In this document: positions 10,260 to 18,583 of the stretch, piece by piece | Layout: each line of letters opens with the position of its first letter | Numbering within the stretch: position 1 is the stretch's first letter | Origin: an uncultured Alphaproteobacteria bacterium | Lineage (GTDB): Bacteria > Pseudomonadota > Alphaproteobacteria > Rs-D84 | DNA: 57,912 nucleotides | Assembly (NCBI GenBank): GCA_944390185.1 | Contig: CALXPA010000001.1 | Coordinates: forward strand, 1 to 57,912 | Direction of reading: 5' to 3' | Notes under the pieces: model-generated | Told to the model about the DNA's origin: nothing | The model's input: the letters and a program-made list of their open reading frames with translations, nothing else | The model's database searches: none | Position numbers and translations under genes: made by a program

Positions 10260-11135
10260 TTATCGCGTCAGTTTGTCGACCAGTTCTTGCATTTGGGTGC
10301 GGGTGTCGAACAGCAACATAATCTGCCCTGCCCCGCCGCGTTTTTCTTGCAATTTTACGCGCACGCCCAACGCCGATTCGATACGCGATTCGATGTCGCG
10401 CACGGTCGCCGTATCAATGGTCTTGGCGGTGTATGTACGGCCGGTATTACGGCGCGACGAATTCTTGACCATGCGTTCGGTGTCGGCGACAGACATCTTG
10501 TCATTTATGATTTTTTGCGCCAATTCTGTTGGGTTTTCTGCCACAGCAATTGCGCGTGCGTGGGATGCAGATATCTCGCCACGTTTTACCATATCTTTAA
10601 CATCGTTTGGCAGCGTGTCTAGTCGCATAATATTCCTGATATAGCTGTCAGATTTTCCGATTAAACGTGCAACGTCTGCCAATTCATACCCGCATTTTTC
10701 CATCAGATTCCTGTACGCATCAGATTCTTCAATTGCGTTCAGGTTTTCACGTTGCACATTTTCTATTAACGCAATTTCCATCGCATTTTCCGTGGTCAGC
10801 GTCTTTACCAGGGCCGGTATCTCGGTCAGTCCGGCCAGTTTGCTGGCGCGGTAACGGCGTTCACCGGCGACAATTTCATACAGATATGGCCGATCAGATA
10901 CCGAACGTAACAATATTGGTTGTAAAACACCTTTTTCTTTAATAGACGCGGCCAGTTCACTCAGTTCAGTATCAGAAAATGTTTTTCGTGGCTGGTCAGG
11001 GTTGGCCCCAATTTGCACCAGTGGGATTTGTTTTACGACGACGCGCCCTGCCCCTGTTAATGCGGATATATCCGGCACAGTCCCCATTTCTTGTTGTAAA
11101 TCGGCCAATCCACGGCCCAGTCCAAACTTTGACAT
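10260..11135 (-). CDS. parB: Chromosome partitioning protein ParB
   Basis: Begins MSKFGLGRGL, with IVAGERRYRAS and an HTH region. ATG at 11135 lies 1 nt after the parA stop. The longer track ORF (to 11354) overlaps parA. Confidence 0.92.
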   Translation of the reverse strand: MSKFGLGRGLADLQQEMGTVPDISALTGAGRVVVKQIPLVQIGANPDQPRKTFSDTELSELAASIKEKGVLQPILLRSVSDRPYLYEIVAGERRYRASKLAGLTEIPALVKTLTTENAMEIALIENVQRENLNAIEESDAYRNLMEKCGYELADVARLIGKSDSYIRNIMRLDTLPNDVKDMVKRGEISASHARAIAVAENPTELAQKIINDKMSVADTERMVKNSSRRNTGRTYTAKTIDTATVRDIESRIESALGVRVKLQEKRGGAGQIMLLFDTRTQMQELVDKLTR

Positions 11136-11136
11136 T

Positions 11137-11910
11137 TTATTCCTCTTGTTGCAGTTTTTGAACCACCTCGGTCGCGACGCGCAGATATGCCTGGGCCCCG
11201 GGCGAGTTAAAATCATAGAACAATGCAGGTTCCCCATGACTGGGGGCCTCGGACACGCGTACATTACGTGGTATGACGGTTTTAAATACGGCATCCCCGA
11301 ATGCTTTTCGAACCTGGTCTTCGACCTGGCGTGTTTGGCCATAGCGTCGATCATACATGGTCAACAATACGCCCAGTATTTCCAGTTCTGGATTCCATTT
11401 TTCTTTTATGTTGCGAATATTACCCACCAGGTGGGTTATGCCCTCCAGCGCGAAAAATTCCGGCTGTAACGGGATTATAACGTTATTTGCCGTGGTCAAT
11501 GCGTTCAATGTCAATGCGCCCATTGCCGGCGGACAATCCAGTAATATATAGTCATAATGCGCGTATATTGGCGCCAGTGCGCGTCGCAGCAAATACACCC
11601 CATTATCATCGTCCAGCAAATAATTATCGGCCCCGGCCAACGCCTGGGACGACGGCATCAGGTGTAACCCCGGGACCGCCGTGGTCAGAATATTTTCTGT
11701 GGCGGGCGCCTGGCCCATCAATACGCCATAGACACTCTGTGGATGGGCCGAACGCACAAACCCCAGCCCGGTCCCAGCATTTCCCTGGGAATCCAGGTCA
11801 ATTAACAATACACGTTTTTTTATGGCGGCCAAAGATGCCCCCAGATTTATGGCAGTGGTTGTTTTTCCAACGCCCCCTTTTTGATTTGCAAATGCGATAA
11901 TCTCTGTCAT
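11137..11910 (-). CDS. parA: Chromosome partitioning ATPase ParA
   Basis: Deviant Walker A ANQKGGVGKTTTAINL. Confidence 0.93.
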   Translation of the reverse strand: MTEIIAFANQKGGVGKTTTAINLGASLAAIKKRVLLIDLDSQGNAGTGLGFVRSAHPQSVYGVLMGQAPATENILTTAVPGLHLMPSSQALAGADNYLLDDDNGVYLLRRALAPIYAHYDYILLDCPPAMGALTLNALTTANNVIIPLQPEFFALEGITHLVGNIRNIKEKWNPELEILGVLLTMYDRRYGQTRQVEDQVRKAFGDAVFKTVIPRNVRVSEAPSHGEPALFYDFNSPGAQAYLRVATEVVQKLQQEE

Positions 11911-12020
11911 GTGTAAAACTTTCCCTTTTCTTAGAAGAGAGCCTACAATAAACCCGCCGATTCGGTCAAGATAATATATTTTTAAATGTAAAAAATACGT
12001 ATATTCAATATGTTGTGCTT

Positions 12021-12036
12021 TGTTTCATGTGAAATA
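12021..12036. promoter_or_regulatory. parS-like site TGTTTCATGTGAAATA
   Basis: 14/16 match to the parS consensus. Lies in the AT-rich rsmG-parA spacer. Confidence 0.5.
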
Positions 12037-12072
12037 ATTTTCGTGTCATAAATATAGGGTGTTAAAAATGTT

Positions 12073-12103
12073 AAAAAACACCGGTAAATACCGGTGTTTT
12101 TTG
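12073..12103. terminator. Bidirectional terminator in the rsmG-parA spacer
   Basis: Stem ACACCGGT-AAAT-ACCGGTGT flanked by A6 and T6. Confidence 0.75.
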
Positions 12104-12168
12104 TCAGTGATTGCCGGCAAAAAATGTTAAAAATGCAAAAAAATAAATATTATCAATCAGTTATGCGT

Positions 12169-12184
12169 TGTTTCATGTGAAATT
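12169..12184. promoter_or_regulatory. parS-like site TGTTTCATGTGAAATT
   Basis: 13/16 match to the parS consensus. Overlaps the rsmG stop codon, inside the duplicated 41-bp segment. Confidence 0.45.
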
Positions 12185-12752
12185 ACCGGCTTTTTTTGAT
12201 GTTTTTTATAACAATTATAAATCCGTCGCCGGTTTTGGATGGAATCAGTGTATAATCGAATTTATATTTTTGTTGTGCAGTGTTAATTTCTGTCGGTATT
12301 TCCCGGCCTTTTAGTAAAAAAAGCCGGCAACCGGTATCGCCAATATAGTCCAATATTTTTATCAGTGGCGCAAAGGCGCGTGCCGTAAAAACGATGTCGT
12401 GTTTATCGCGGGGCAGGGCGGCAACGTAATTTTCCAGTCGTCCGTGATAAATTCCCAGGTTGTCCAGCCCCAGTTTTTCTTTTACATCGGTTAAAAAAGC
12501 AACTTTTTTGCCAACAGATTCAACCGCCGTCACGCGCCACCCCAGTATTGCCAGTACAACACCGGGAAAGCCCGCGCCGGTACCCATGTCGACAACGTGC
12601 ACATCTGTCGGCAGTATGTCGGCCAGCTGGGCACAATCGGCAAAGTGGCGCGAATGTATGTCGTTTAATGTGCTGGGGGCGACCAGGTTTATTTTTTCAG
12701 ACCACTGGCGCAGCAGGCGTTCGTACAAATCAAATTTTGCTTTATTATTCAT
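12183..12752 (-). CDS. rsmG: 16S rRNA (guanine527-N7)-methyltransferase RsmG (GidB)
   Basis: Motifs ...W..KINLV......I..RHF.D and SAM motif VVDMGTGAGFPGVVLA. The ATG at 12752 is preferred over the long track ORF start. Confidence 0.88.
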   Translation of the reverse strand: MNNKAKFDLYERLLRQWSEKINLVAPSTLNDIHSRHFADCAQLADILPTDVHVVDMGTGAGFPGVVLAILGWRVTAVESVGKKVAFLTDVKEKLGLDNLGIYHGRLENYVAALPRDKHDIVFTARAFAPLIKILDYIGDTGCRLFLLKGREIPTEINTAQQKYKFDYTLIPSKTGDGFIIVIKNIKKSR

Positions 12753-12778
12753 AAAGTTTATTGTAGCATAACTTTCAC

Positions 12779-14395
12779 ATGAGAAAAACAGAAACTTTAT
12801 TTCTTTGCAGTGCATTGGCCGCCATGGCAGTTTTACTGGGCGGTATATTTTGTTATGGGGTGTATCGGGATCGTGGTGCGGATGAATATCGGTATCCAAC
12901 GACGCAATTCGGTGCGTTCTTGGCGGCCCAGCATGCCATATATGTCAATGATTTTGATGCGGCGGCGAACTTTGCGGCCCAGTTGACAGAAACAGAATAC
13001 GCCACGGTACAAACGACCAAATTCTTGTCAGATTTTTTAAGTGGCCGTATGCCGGACCAGGTTATTATCTTAGAAGAAGAAAAGACACCTGCGTCGCGTT
13101 TAATCTATGATGCGTATTTGGTTCAAAATGACCAGTGGGACGATTTATATGCGCGTCATAAAAAGGATGAGGCTGCGTTATCGGCGCCGTTGCGCATATG
13201 GGCATCTGTTGCCACAGACAGGGAAAAAGATGCGCTGAAATTCATCAAGGCATTGCCGACGAACCAATCGTGGCAGCATTTTGTCAGTGGCCAGATTTAT
13301 GCCGAAATGGGGGACATAGACGCGGCGGCAGATGAATTTTCAAATGTCAGTGTTGATTTTATGAATATAAACGATTACATGTACATGATGTCTTTTTACC
13401 AGGCGCATGGCATGGCGGATGCGGCGGACGTGTTGCATCGTGATTTTACATCCCGGCCGGGTGGAATGTTCATGCTGGATTTTGCCGGTGTTCCAGATTG
13501 GTCGATGTATTCTGGTATCAAAAACGCACTGGCGTTCAGTTTGGTTCAAACTGTATCGCATACCCAGATAATGATGTATTCTGATTTGGCGATATTGTTG
13601 TTGCGTTTCGCGCAGTTGACTGGTCCAGAATTTGGGGCAGGGGGCGATGCAATAAACTATTATTTGGGCCAATTTTTCTATAACAATGCGGGCGATTATG
13701 AAAAATATTTTGCCCAGATTGACCCGCACAGCCCATTTTATTCATTCGCGCGCCTGCGTATTGCCGACAGAAATGACGATATTGATGAACTGCGCGAGAT
13801 TGTTCGTGCAAATCCATTGTTTGTGCCGGCGGTGAATCAATTGGTTGCGTATAATGTTCAGCATGGAAATCGCCGTGCGGCATTACGTGCGGTGAATATG
13901 GCGCTGGGGGATGCGAATTTGGATGATGTTGGCCGTGCTTTTTTTCTAAAGAGCAGGGCGCACATTTACTATATGTTCGGCGACTATGATGATGCCCAAA
14001 CAGACCTGCATGATGCGTCGGCGGTTTTACCCCTGGACGCAGAGATTTTATCATTACAGGCAAAATTATGGGCGGCCCGTGGTCGTGAAATCGAAGATGC
14101 ATATGACTATGCAATGACGCTGGTTAAACAGGATCCCACAGATATTATGGCGTGGGATACACTGGGGGTGGTTATCACCGTACGCGAAGGTGCGATGCCG
14201 GCACTGGATGTGTTGGCGCGCGTTGCAGATGTTGCGGCGTCATGTTCATCATTGTTCGAACATTTGGGGGACCTGTACGTTGCGATTGGTGATGATAGAT
14301 TGGCGCGTGACGCGTATGTACGCGCGATTGAATTGTCTGACGATGGACTGGTCATTGTCCCAGGAATACAGAAAAAATTAAGGGATTTAGAATGA
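12779..14395 (+). CDS. Membrane-anchored TPR-like repeat protein
   Basis: N-terminal TM helix, with helical-repeat and TPR-like segments toward the C-terminus (...LGDLYVAIGDDRLARDAYVRAIEL). Confidence 0.5.
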   Translation: MRKTETLFLCSALAAMAVLLGGIFCYGVYRDRGADEYRYPTTQFGAFLAAQHAIYVNDFDAAANFAAQLTETEYATVQTTKFLSDFLSGRMPDQVIILEEEKTPASRLIYDAYLVQNDQWDDLYARHKKDEAALSAPLRIWASVATDREKDALKFIKALPTNQSWQHFVSGQIYAEMGDIDAAADEFSNVSVDFMNINDYMYMMSFYQAHGMADAADVLHRDFTSRPGGMFMLDFAGVPDWSMYSGIKNALAFSLVQTVSHTQIMMYSDLAILLLRFAQLTGPEFGAGGDAINYYLGQFFYNNAGDYEKYFAQIDPHSPFYSFARLRIADRNDDIDELREIVRANPLFVPAVNQLVAYNVQHGNRRAALRAVNMALGDANLDDVGRAFFLKSRAHIYYMFGDYDDAQTDLHDASAVLPLDAEILSLQAKLWAARGREIEDAYDYAMTLVKQDPTDIMAWDTLGVVITVREGAMPALDVLARVADVAASCSSLFEHLGDLYVAIGDDRLARDAYVRAIELSDDGLVIVPGIQKKLRDLE

Positions 14396-15273
14396 TTGTT
14401 GGTGTTATTGGGGCGGGGGCATGGGGGACCGCATTGTCGATTGTGTCTGCGCGTGGTGGTGCGGATGTTGTTTTGTGGTCGTATGACGGCCAGCACAAGG
14501 TTTTTGATAATGTCACGATGCCGTCGAACATTGAAATAACGGCGGACATGTCGCGCATGCGTGATTGTGATGCATGGTTGATTGTAACGCCGGCGGCATA
14601 TTTTCGCGCAACAGTTCGCAATGCGTCTGAATTTTACCAGGGCCAGCCTGTGATTATTTGCACCAAGGGCGCGGAAAGCGCGACCGGTGATTTTATGTCT
14701 GAAATAATACGCACAGAATTGCCCGATGCCGTGGATTTCGGCGTGTTGTCTGGTCCCCAGTTCGCGGCCGAGGTTGCACGTGGTGTCCCCACGGGATCAA
14801 CGCTGGCGGGGACGCCGGTGGCGGTTTGTGCAGGGCAACAGATTCTGAATATGTTGCACTTAAATCCCACAGACGATGTTATCGGCACGGAATTCTGTGG
14901 CGTTGGCAAGAATGCAGTGGCATTAATTTCTGGATACAATTCTGTGGCGGCATCTGGTGAAAACGAACGCGCGATGCTGTTTACGCGCGCCTGGGGCGAG
15001 GTTATGAACCTGGGGCTGGCGTGTGGGGCCCAGATGCGGACTTTCTTGGATTTGTGCGGAATTGGTGACTTGTTTTTGTCGGCGACATCGGAAACCAGCC
15101 GCAATTTTGCCGGCGGCATGACGATTGCGCGTGGCGATGCGCCATCTGGCACAGTCGAAGGTATTTATGCACTGGCCGGGCTGATACGGCGCGCCGCGCG
15201 GATGGGTGTTGCGACACCGGTGCTGGTTGCGATGCAACAGAAAATGGGTCTGGGCCAGGGACCAGAATGCTAA
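14392..15273 (+). CDS. gpsA: NAD(P)H-dependent glycerol-3-phosphate dehydrogenase
   Basis: Motifs GAGAWGTAL, GPQFAAEVA and a ...CGIGDL... region. ATGA overlap with the upstream gene. Confidence 0.85.
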   Translation: MIVGVIGAGAWGTALSIVSARGGADVVLWSYDGQHKVFDNVTMPSNIEITADMSRMRDCDAWLIVTPAAYFRATVRNASEFYQGQPVIICTKGAESATGDFMSEIIRTELPDAVDFGVLSGPQFAAEVARGVPTGSTLAGTPVAVCAGQQILNMLHLNPTDDVIGTEFCGVGKNAVALISGYNSVAASGENERAMLFTRAWGEVMNLGLACGAQMRTFLDLCGIGDLFLSATSETSRNFAGGMTIARGDAPSGTVEGIYALAGLIRRAARMGVATPVLVAMQQKMGLGQGPEC

Positions 15274-15278
15274 AAAAT

Positions 15279-15306
15279 TTGCATCTGGACAAATATTCTT
15301 TATAAT
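15279..15306 (+). promoter_or_regulatory. Sigma-70-type promoter upstream of pnp
   Basis: TTGCAT, 16-nt spacer, TATAAT. Confidence 0.55.
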
Positions 15307-15314
15307 CACACATG

Positions 15315-15381
15315 TGCGAAGGCGAAATTGTTCTTTCTTGCACTTGGTACAGAGTGTAAAAATGAATAATTTTTCTTCGCA
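15315..15381 (+). promoter_or_regulatory. Long imperfect hairpin in the pnp 5' leader
   Basis: TGCGAAG (15315-21) pairs with CTTCGCA (15375-81). AAATTGTTC (15325-33) pairs with GAATAATTT (15364-72). Confidence 0.4.
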
Positions 15382-15413
15382 TTATGTTGAAACAAAATAA
15401 AATGGAGAAAAGC

Positions 15414-17582
15414 ATGTTATTTGGTTTATTTGACAAGGGTGAAAAAACACACTTGAACAATCCTGTCGCGGTAGAGGTACCGTACGGTGACGAAACATTG
15501 CGTCTGGAAACAGGGCGCATGGCGAAACAGGCAAATGGTGCCGTATTGGCAACCATGGGTGGAACGATGGTTTTGGCCACGGTATGCGCGGAAAAGACCG
15601 CTGTCGAAGGCCAGGATTTTTTCCCGCTGACTGTTGATTACCAGGAAAAATTCGCGTCCGCAGGTCGTATCCCGGGTTCGCGCGACAGACGTGAAGGCAA
15701 GGCATCAACCGCAGAAACATTGACTGCGCGTTTGATTGACAGACCAATTCGTCCATTGTTCCCAGATACATTCAAGAACAAGGTACAAATTGTGGTCCAG
15801 GTGTTTTCGTACGATAAAAAGAACCAGCCTGACATCTTGGCAATGATTGCGGCGTCGGCGGCGTTATCTTTGTCTGGCGTACCGTTCGCAGGCCCAATTG
15901 GTGCGGCGCGTGTCGGATATATGGACGGCAAATATTTGCTGAACCCGTCAAAGTCTGTGACCGAAGATTCGGAAATGGATCTGGTTGTTGCGGCGACCAA
16001 AGACGGTGTGTTGATGGTTGAATCTGAAATCGGCGAACTGGACGAGGCAACTGTTCTGGGGGCGGTAAAATTCGGGTTTGACGCGCAACAAGATGTTATT
16101 CGTGCTATTAACGAACTGACTGATGCCGCGGGCAAAGAACGCTGGGCGGTGCCTGAAAAATCGGCCGAATATGTCGCCATGGAACAAGACTTTGAATCTT
16201 TTGCGGGCGATATTGAATCCGCATTGCAAATCAAGGAAAAACTGGTTCGGTTGGATACACTGGCCCAGATTCATGCCGCGGCCAAGGCGCGCATCCCAGA
16301 ATTGTTCCCGGAAACAACCACGGCGATGTCTACGCTGGAATCGTTTGCGGACGAAATTGTTGAAAATATAACGGCGCGTATTATGCGTGGCAATATCTTG
16401 GCTGGGCGTCCACGTATTGATGGGCGTGATAACCAGACTGTACGTCCAATCGAAATTGAATTGGGGATTTTACCACGTGCACACGGTTCTGCGCTGTTCA
16501 CCCGCGGTGAAACCCAGGCGTTGGTTTCGTTGACGCTGGGGGGCGGTAAAGATGCGCTGCCGATTGAAAGTCTGGATGGCGAAGAAGAGCGTGATTTTAT
16601 ATTAAACTATAACTTCCCTGGTTATTCTGTTGGTGAATGCAAGGGGTTAAAGTCGCCCGGTCGTCGTGAAATTGGTCATGGCAATCTGGCGTGGCGTGCG
16701 TTGCATCCAATGATTCCATCACGCGAAAAGTTTGATTATGTTATTCGCGTTGTGTCGGATATTTTGGAATCAAATGGGTCATCGTCGATGGCGACAACAT
16801 GCGGCGCCACATTGGCAATGATGGACGGCGGTGTGCCGTTGACACGCCCTGTCGCGGGTATCGCCATGGGATTAATCAAAGAAGGTGATGATTACGCGAT
16901 TCTGACCGATATCTTGGGGGACGAAGATCACTTGGGTGATATGGACTTTAAGGTAACGGGTACAGATCATGGTATTACTGCGTTACAGATGGATATTAAA
17001 ATCACATCTATTACGTTTGAAATCATGGAACGTGCACTGGCCCAGGCAAAAGACGGCCGTATGCATATATTGGGCAAGATTGAACGGGCAATCAAGGCCC
17101 CGCGCAGTCATGTGTCTGAATATGCGCCCCAGATGTACACAATGAAAATCAATCCAGACAAGGTTCGTGATGTTATCGGCAAGGGCGGTTCGGTCATCCA
17201 GGCCCTGACCCGTGAAACAGATACTCAAATTGATCTGGAAGACGATGGAACTGTCAAAATTATGGCAACCAGCAAGGAAAACGCCGATGCGGCAATCGCA
17301 CGTATCAAAGACATCGTGGCGGAACCTGAAATTGGCGTCATCTATCCCGGCGTTGTATCTGGGGTCAAAGACTTTGGTTTGTTTGTAAAGATTTTGAATG
17401 GTTTCGAATCGATGGTTCATATTTCTGAAATCACCGGTGAAAGAATCGCAAAAATCGAAGACACCAAGATAAAAGAGGGCGATAAAGTCTTTGTCCGGTA
17501 CCTGGGCGCAGACAAACGTGGCAAGACACGTATGTCTATGGTCGGTATTGACCAAAAAACTGGTGCCGAAATCAAAAAATAA
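15414..17582 (+). CDS. pnp: Polyribonucleotide nucleotidyltransferase (PNPase)
   Basis: Two RNase PH domains, KH and S1 domains. ATG at 15414 follows GGAG. Confidence 0.95.
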   Translation: MLFGLFDKGEKTHLNNPVAVEVPYGDETLRLETGRMAKQANGAVLATMGGTMVLATVCAEKTAVEGQDFFPLTVDYQEKFASAGRIPGSRDRREGKASTAETLTARLIDRPIRPLFPDTFKNKVQIVVQVFSYDKKNQPDILAMIAASAALSLSGVPFAGPIGAARVGYMDGKYLLNPSKSVTEDSEMDLVVAATKDGVLMVESEIGELDEATVLGAVKFGFDAQQDVIRAINELTDAAGKERWAVPEKSAEYVAMEQDFESFAGDIESALQIKEKLVRLDTLAQIHAAAKARIPELFPETTTAMSTLESFADEIVENITARIMRGNILAGRPRIDGRDNQTVRPIEIELGILPRAHGSALFTRGETQALVSLTLGGGKDALPIESLDGEEERDFILNYNFPGYSVGECKGLKSPGRREIGHGNLAWRALHPMIPSREKFDYVIRVVSDILESNGSSSMATTCGATLAMMDGGVPLTRPVAGIAMGLIKEGDDYAILTDILGDEDHLGDMDFKVTGTDHGITALQMDIKITSITFEIMERALAQAKDGRMHILGKIERAIKAPRSHVSEYAPQMYTMKINPDKVRDVIGKGGSVIQALTRETDTQIDLEDDGTVKIMATSKENADAAIARIKDIVAEPEIGVIYPGVVSGVKDFGLFVKILNGFESMVHISEITGERIAKIEDTKIKEGDKVFVRYLGADKRGKTRMSMVGIDQKTGAEIKK

Positions 17583-17591
17583 TGATATAAT

Positions 17592-17616
17592 AATTGCGCC
17601 CCATGTGGGCGCAATT
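17592..17616 (+). terminator. Strong hairpin after pnp
   Basis: Perfect 10-bp stem AATTGCGCCC/GGGCGCAATT. The T-tract is weak. Confidence 0.5.
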
Positions 17617-17636
17617 TAACTGTGGGGGATTGTCAA

Positions 17637-17936
17637 ATGGATATGGAAACACTGATGGCCCAGGCCAGTGCACTGCAAGACAAGGTTGCCGCGGCACAAA
17701 GCAAGCTGGCGGCGTCGCATGTCAAGGGTATCGCAGATGGTGGTGCATGCATTATCGATATGACGGGCAAATACGATTTGGTAAATATTACGATACGTCC
17801 GGACGTGCTGGCACGCGGTGCAGATGCGGTTGCGGCGCTGGTTGCGGCGGCGTACCTTGATGCCAAGGCCAAGGCAGACGAAATGATTGATACGGTCATG
17901 GGTGCTGCGACGGCGGGCATACCACTGCCGGAATAA
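17637..17936 (+). CDS. ybaB: YbaB/EbfC-family nucleoid-associated protein
   Basis: About 100 aa: ...LMAQASALQDKVAAAQSKLA...V.G.A.GG...I...G.......I.P. Confidence 0.8.
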   Translation: MDMETLMAQASALQDKVAAAQSKLAASHVKGIADGGACIIDMTGKYDLVNITIRPDVLARGADAVAALVAAAYLDAKAKADEMIDTVMGAATAGIPLPE

Positions 17937-17984
17937 AAGGCTGGACAACGGGGAAAAAATGATTTATATTTGGCGGGCCGTTTC

Positions 17985-18061
17985 GGATGTTTAGCTCAGT
18001 TGATTAGAGCATCTCGTTTACACCGAGAGGGTCGGGGGTTTGAGTCCCTCAACATCCACCA
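17985..18061 (+). tRNA. tRNA-Val (TAC)
   Basis: Acceptor GGATGTT/AACATCC, D-arm GCTC..GAGC, anticodon arm TCTCG-TTTACAC-CGAGA, T-arm GGGGG-TTTGAGT-CCCTC, encoded CCA. Confidence 0.9.
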
Positions 18062-18309
18062 AAAAATACAATCGCCCAACGGGCGATTTTATTTTTTGCA
18101 TGGGGATGTGGGACGAAAACCCCCGAAGTAAGGGGTTTGAACCGTAGACGAGAGGCAGACGGCAGTATGCCGGTTCATGCGCAGCATGAACGAGTCAAGG
18201 TCGGCGAAGCCAGTCCCTCAACATCCACCAAAAAATACAATCGCCCAACGGGCGATTTTATTTTTTGCATGGGGATGTGGGACGAAAACCCCCGAAGTAA
18301 GGGGTTTGA
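18043..18309 (+). repeat. Exact 98-bp direct repeat (18043-18140 and 18212-18309), period 169 bp
   Basis: Each copy holds the last 19 nt of tRNA-Val (from the T-loop), the terminator hairpin ATCGCCC-AAC-GGGCGAT with its T-run, and 43 further nt. Confidence 0.9.
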
Positions 18310-18481
18310 CAATGAGTCAGCGAGCATTTTGGTAAAATGCGAGCGCAGTACGCGTCAGCGCACGCGAACGAATGCCCCGCAGCCGGCGCGTGATGCGCCG
18401 TGCGAGGGAACCGTGCCATATAACCCCGCCCAACGGGCGATTTTATTCCAACAACAGTATAGGCATGTGCCTTGCTTTACA

Positions 18482-18570
18482 GGGGTTGTAGCTCAGAGGG
18501 TTTAGAGCGTCTGCCTGTCACGCAGAACCCGCGCAGATATGCGCGGTGGGAATTTACAGCCCCGTCAACC
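18482..18570 (+). pseudogene. tRNA-Asp(GTC)-like sequence: intact 5' half, aberrant 3' half
   Basis: 5' half GGGGTTG-TA-GCTC-AGAGGGTTTA-GAGC-G-TCTGC-CTGTCAC-GCAGA, then hairpin CCGCGCA-GATA-TGCGCGG and TGGGAATTTACA. No canonical T-arm. Only 5/7 acceptor pairs (..CAACC) and no CCA. Confidence 0.45.
18529..18558 (+). repeat. 30-nt hairpin module, copy 1 (CCGCGCAGATATGCGCGGTGGGAATTTACA)
   Basis: 28/30 identical to 19440-19469. The two differences are the paired positions 3 and 16 of the stem. Confidence 0.85.
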
Positions 18571-18583
18571 AGGTCCTCAATTT

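Noticed and set aside
11136-11354. N-terminal extension of parB in the ORF track (364 aa). The rsmG extension (12753-12899) and the TTG, GTG or upstream-ATG extensions of mreB, recF, sspB, pnp, ybaB, tolC, accB and the pilin gene are similar cases.
   Set aside because: The extensions overlap the upstream gene or lack an SD. The conserved protein N-termini begin at the internal ATGs used in the feature table.
11911-12182. Chromosomal origin (oriC) or CtrA-regulated region in the AT-rich rsmG-parA spacer.
   Set aside because: I could not find a cluster of DnaA boxes (TTATCCACA-like); only a weak TTATCAATC. The TTAA repeats are spaced N5, not the N7 of CtrA sites. The region is retained only as a parS-containing spacer.
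18101-18230. Possible tmRNA or tRNA-like gene. The segment starts GGGGATGT and ends AACATCCACCA. A nearby frame (18364-18393) reads ANECPAAGA-stop, superficially tag-like.
   Set aside because: The acceptor pairing lacks the G3:U70 pair needed for alanylation, and there is no T-arm or TTCGA-type loop. The segment is only about 130 nt. The 5' complementarity is explained by an inverted degenerate copy of the tRNA-Val 3' end. The putative tag lacks the usual ..LAA/..VAA ending and lies outside the segment.
18137-18505. 122-aa ORF on the plus strand.
   Set aside because: It runs through a duplicated tRNA 3' fragment, two terminator hairpins and into the tRNA-Asp-like sequence. It has no SD and is an artefact of the GC-rich repeat region.
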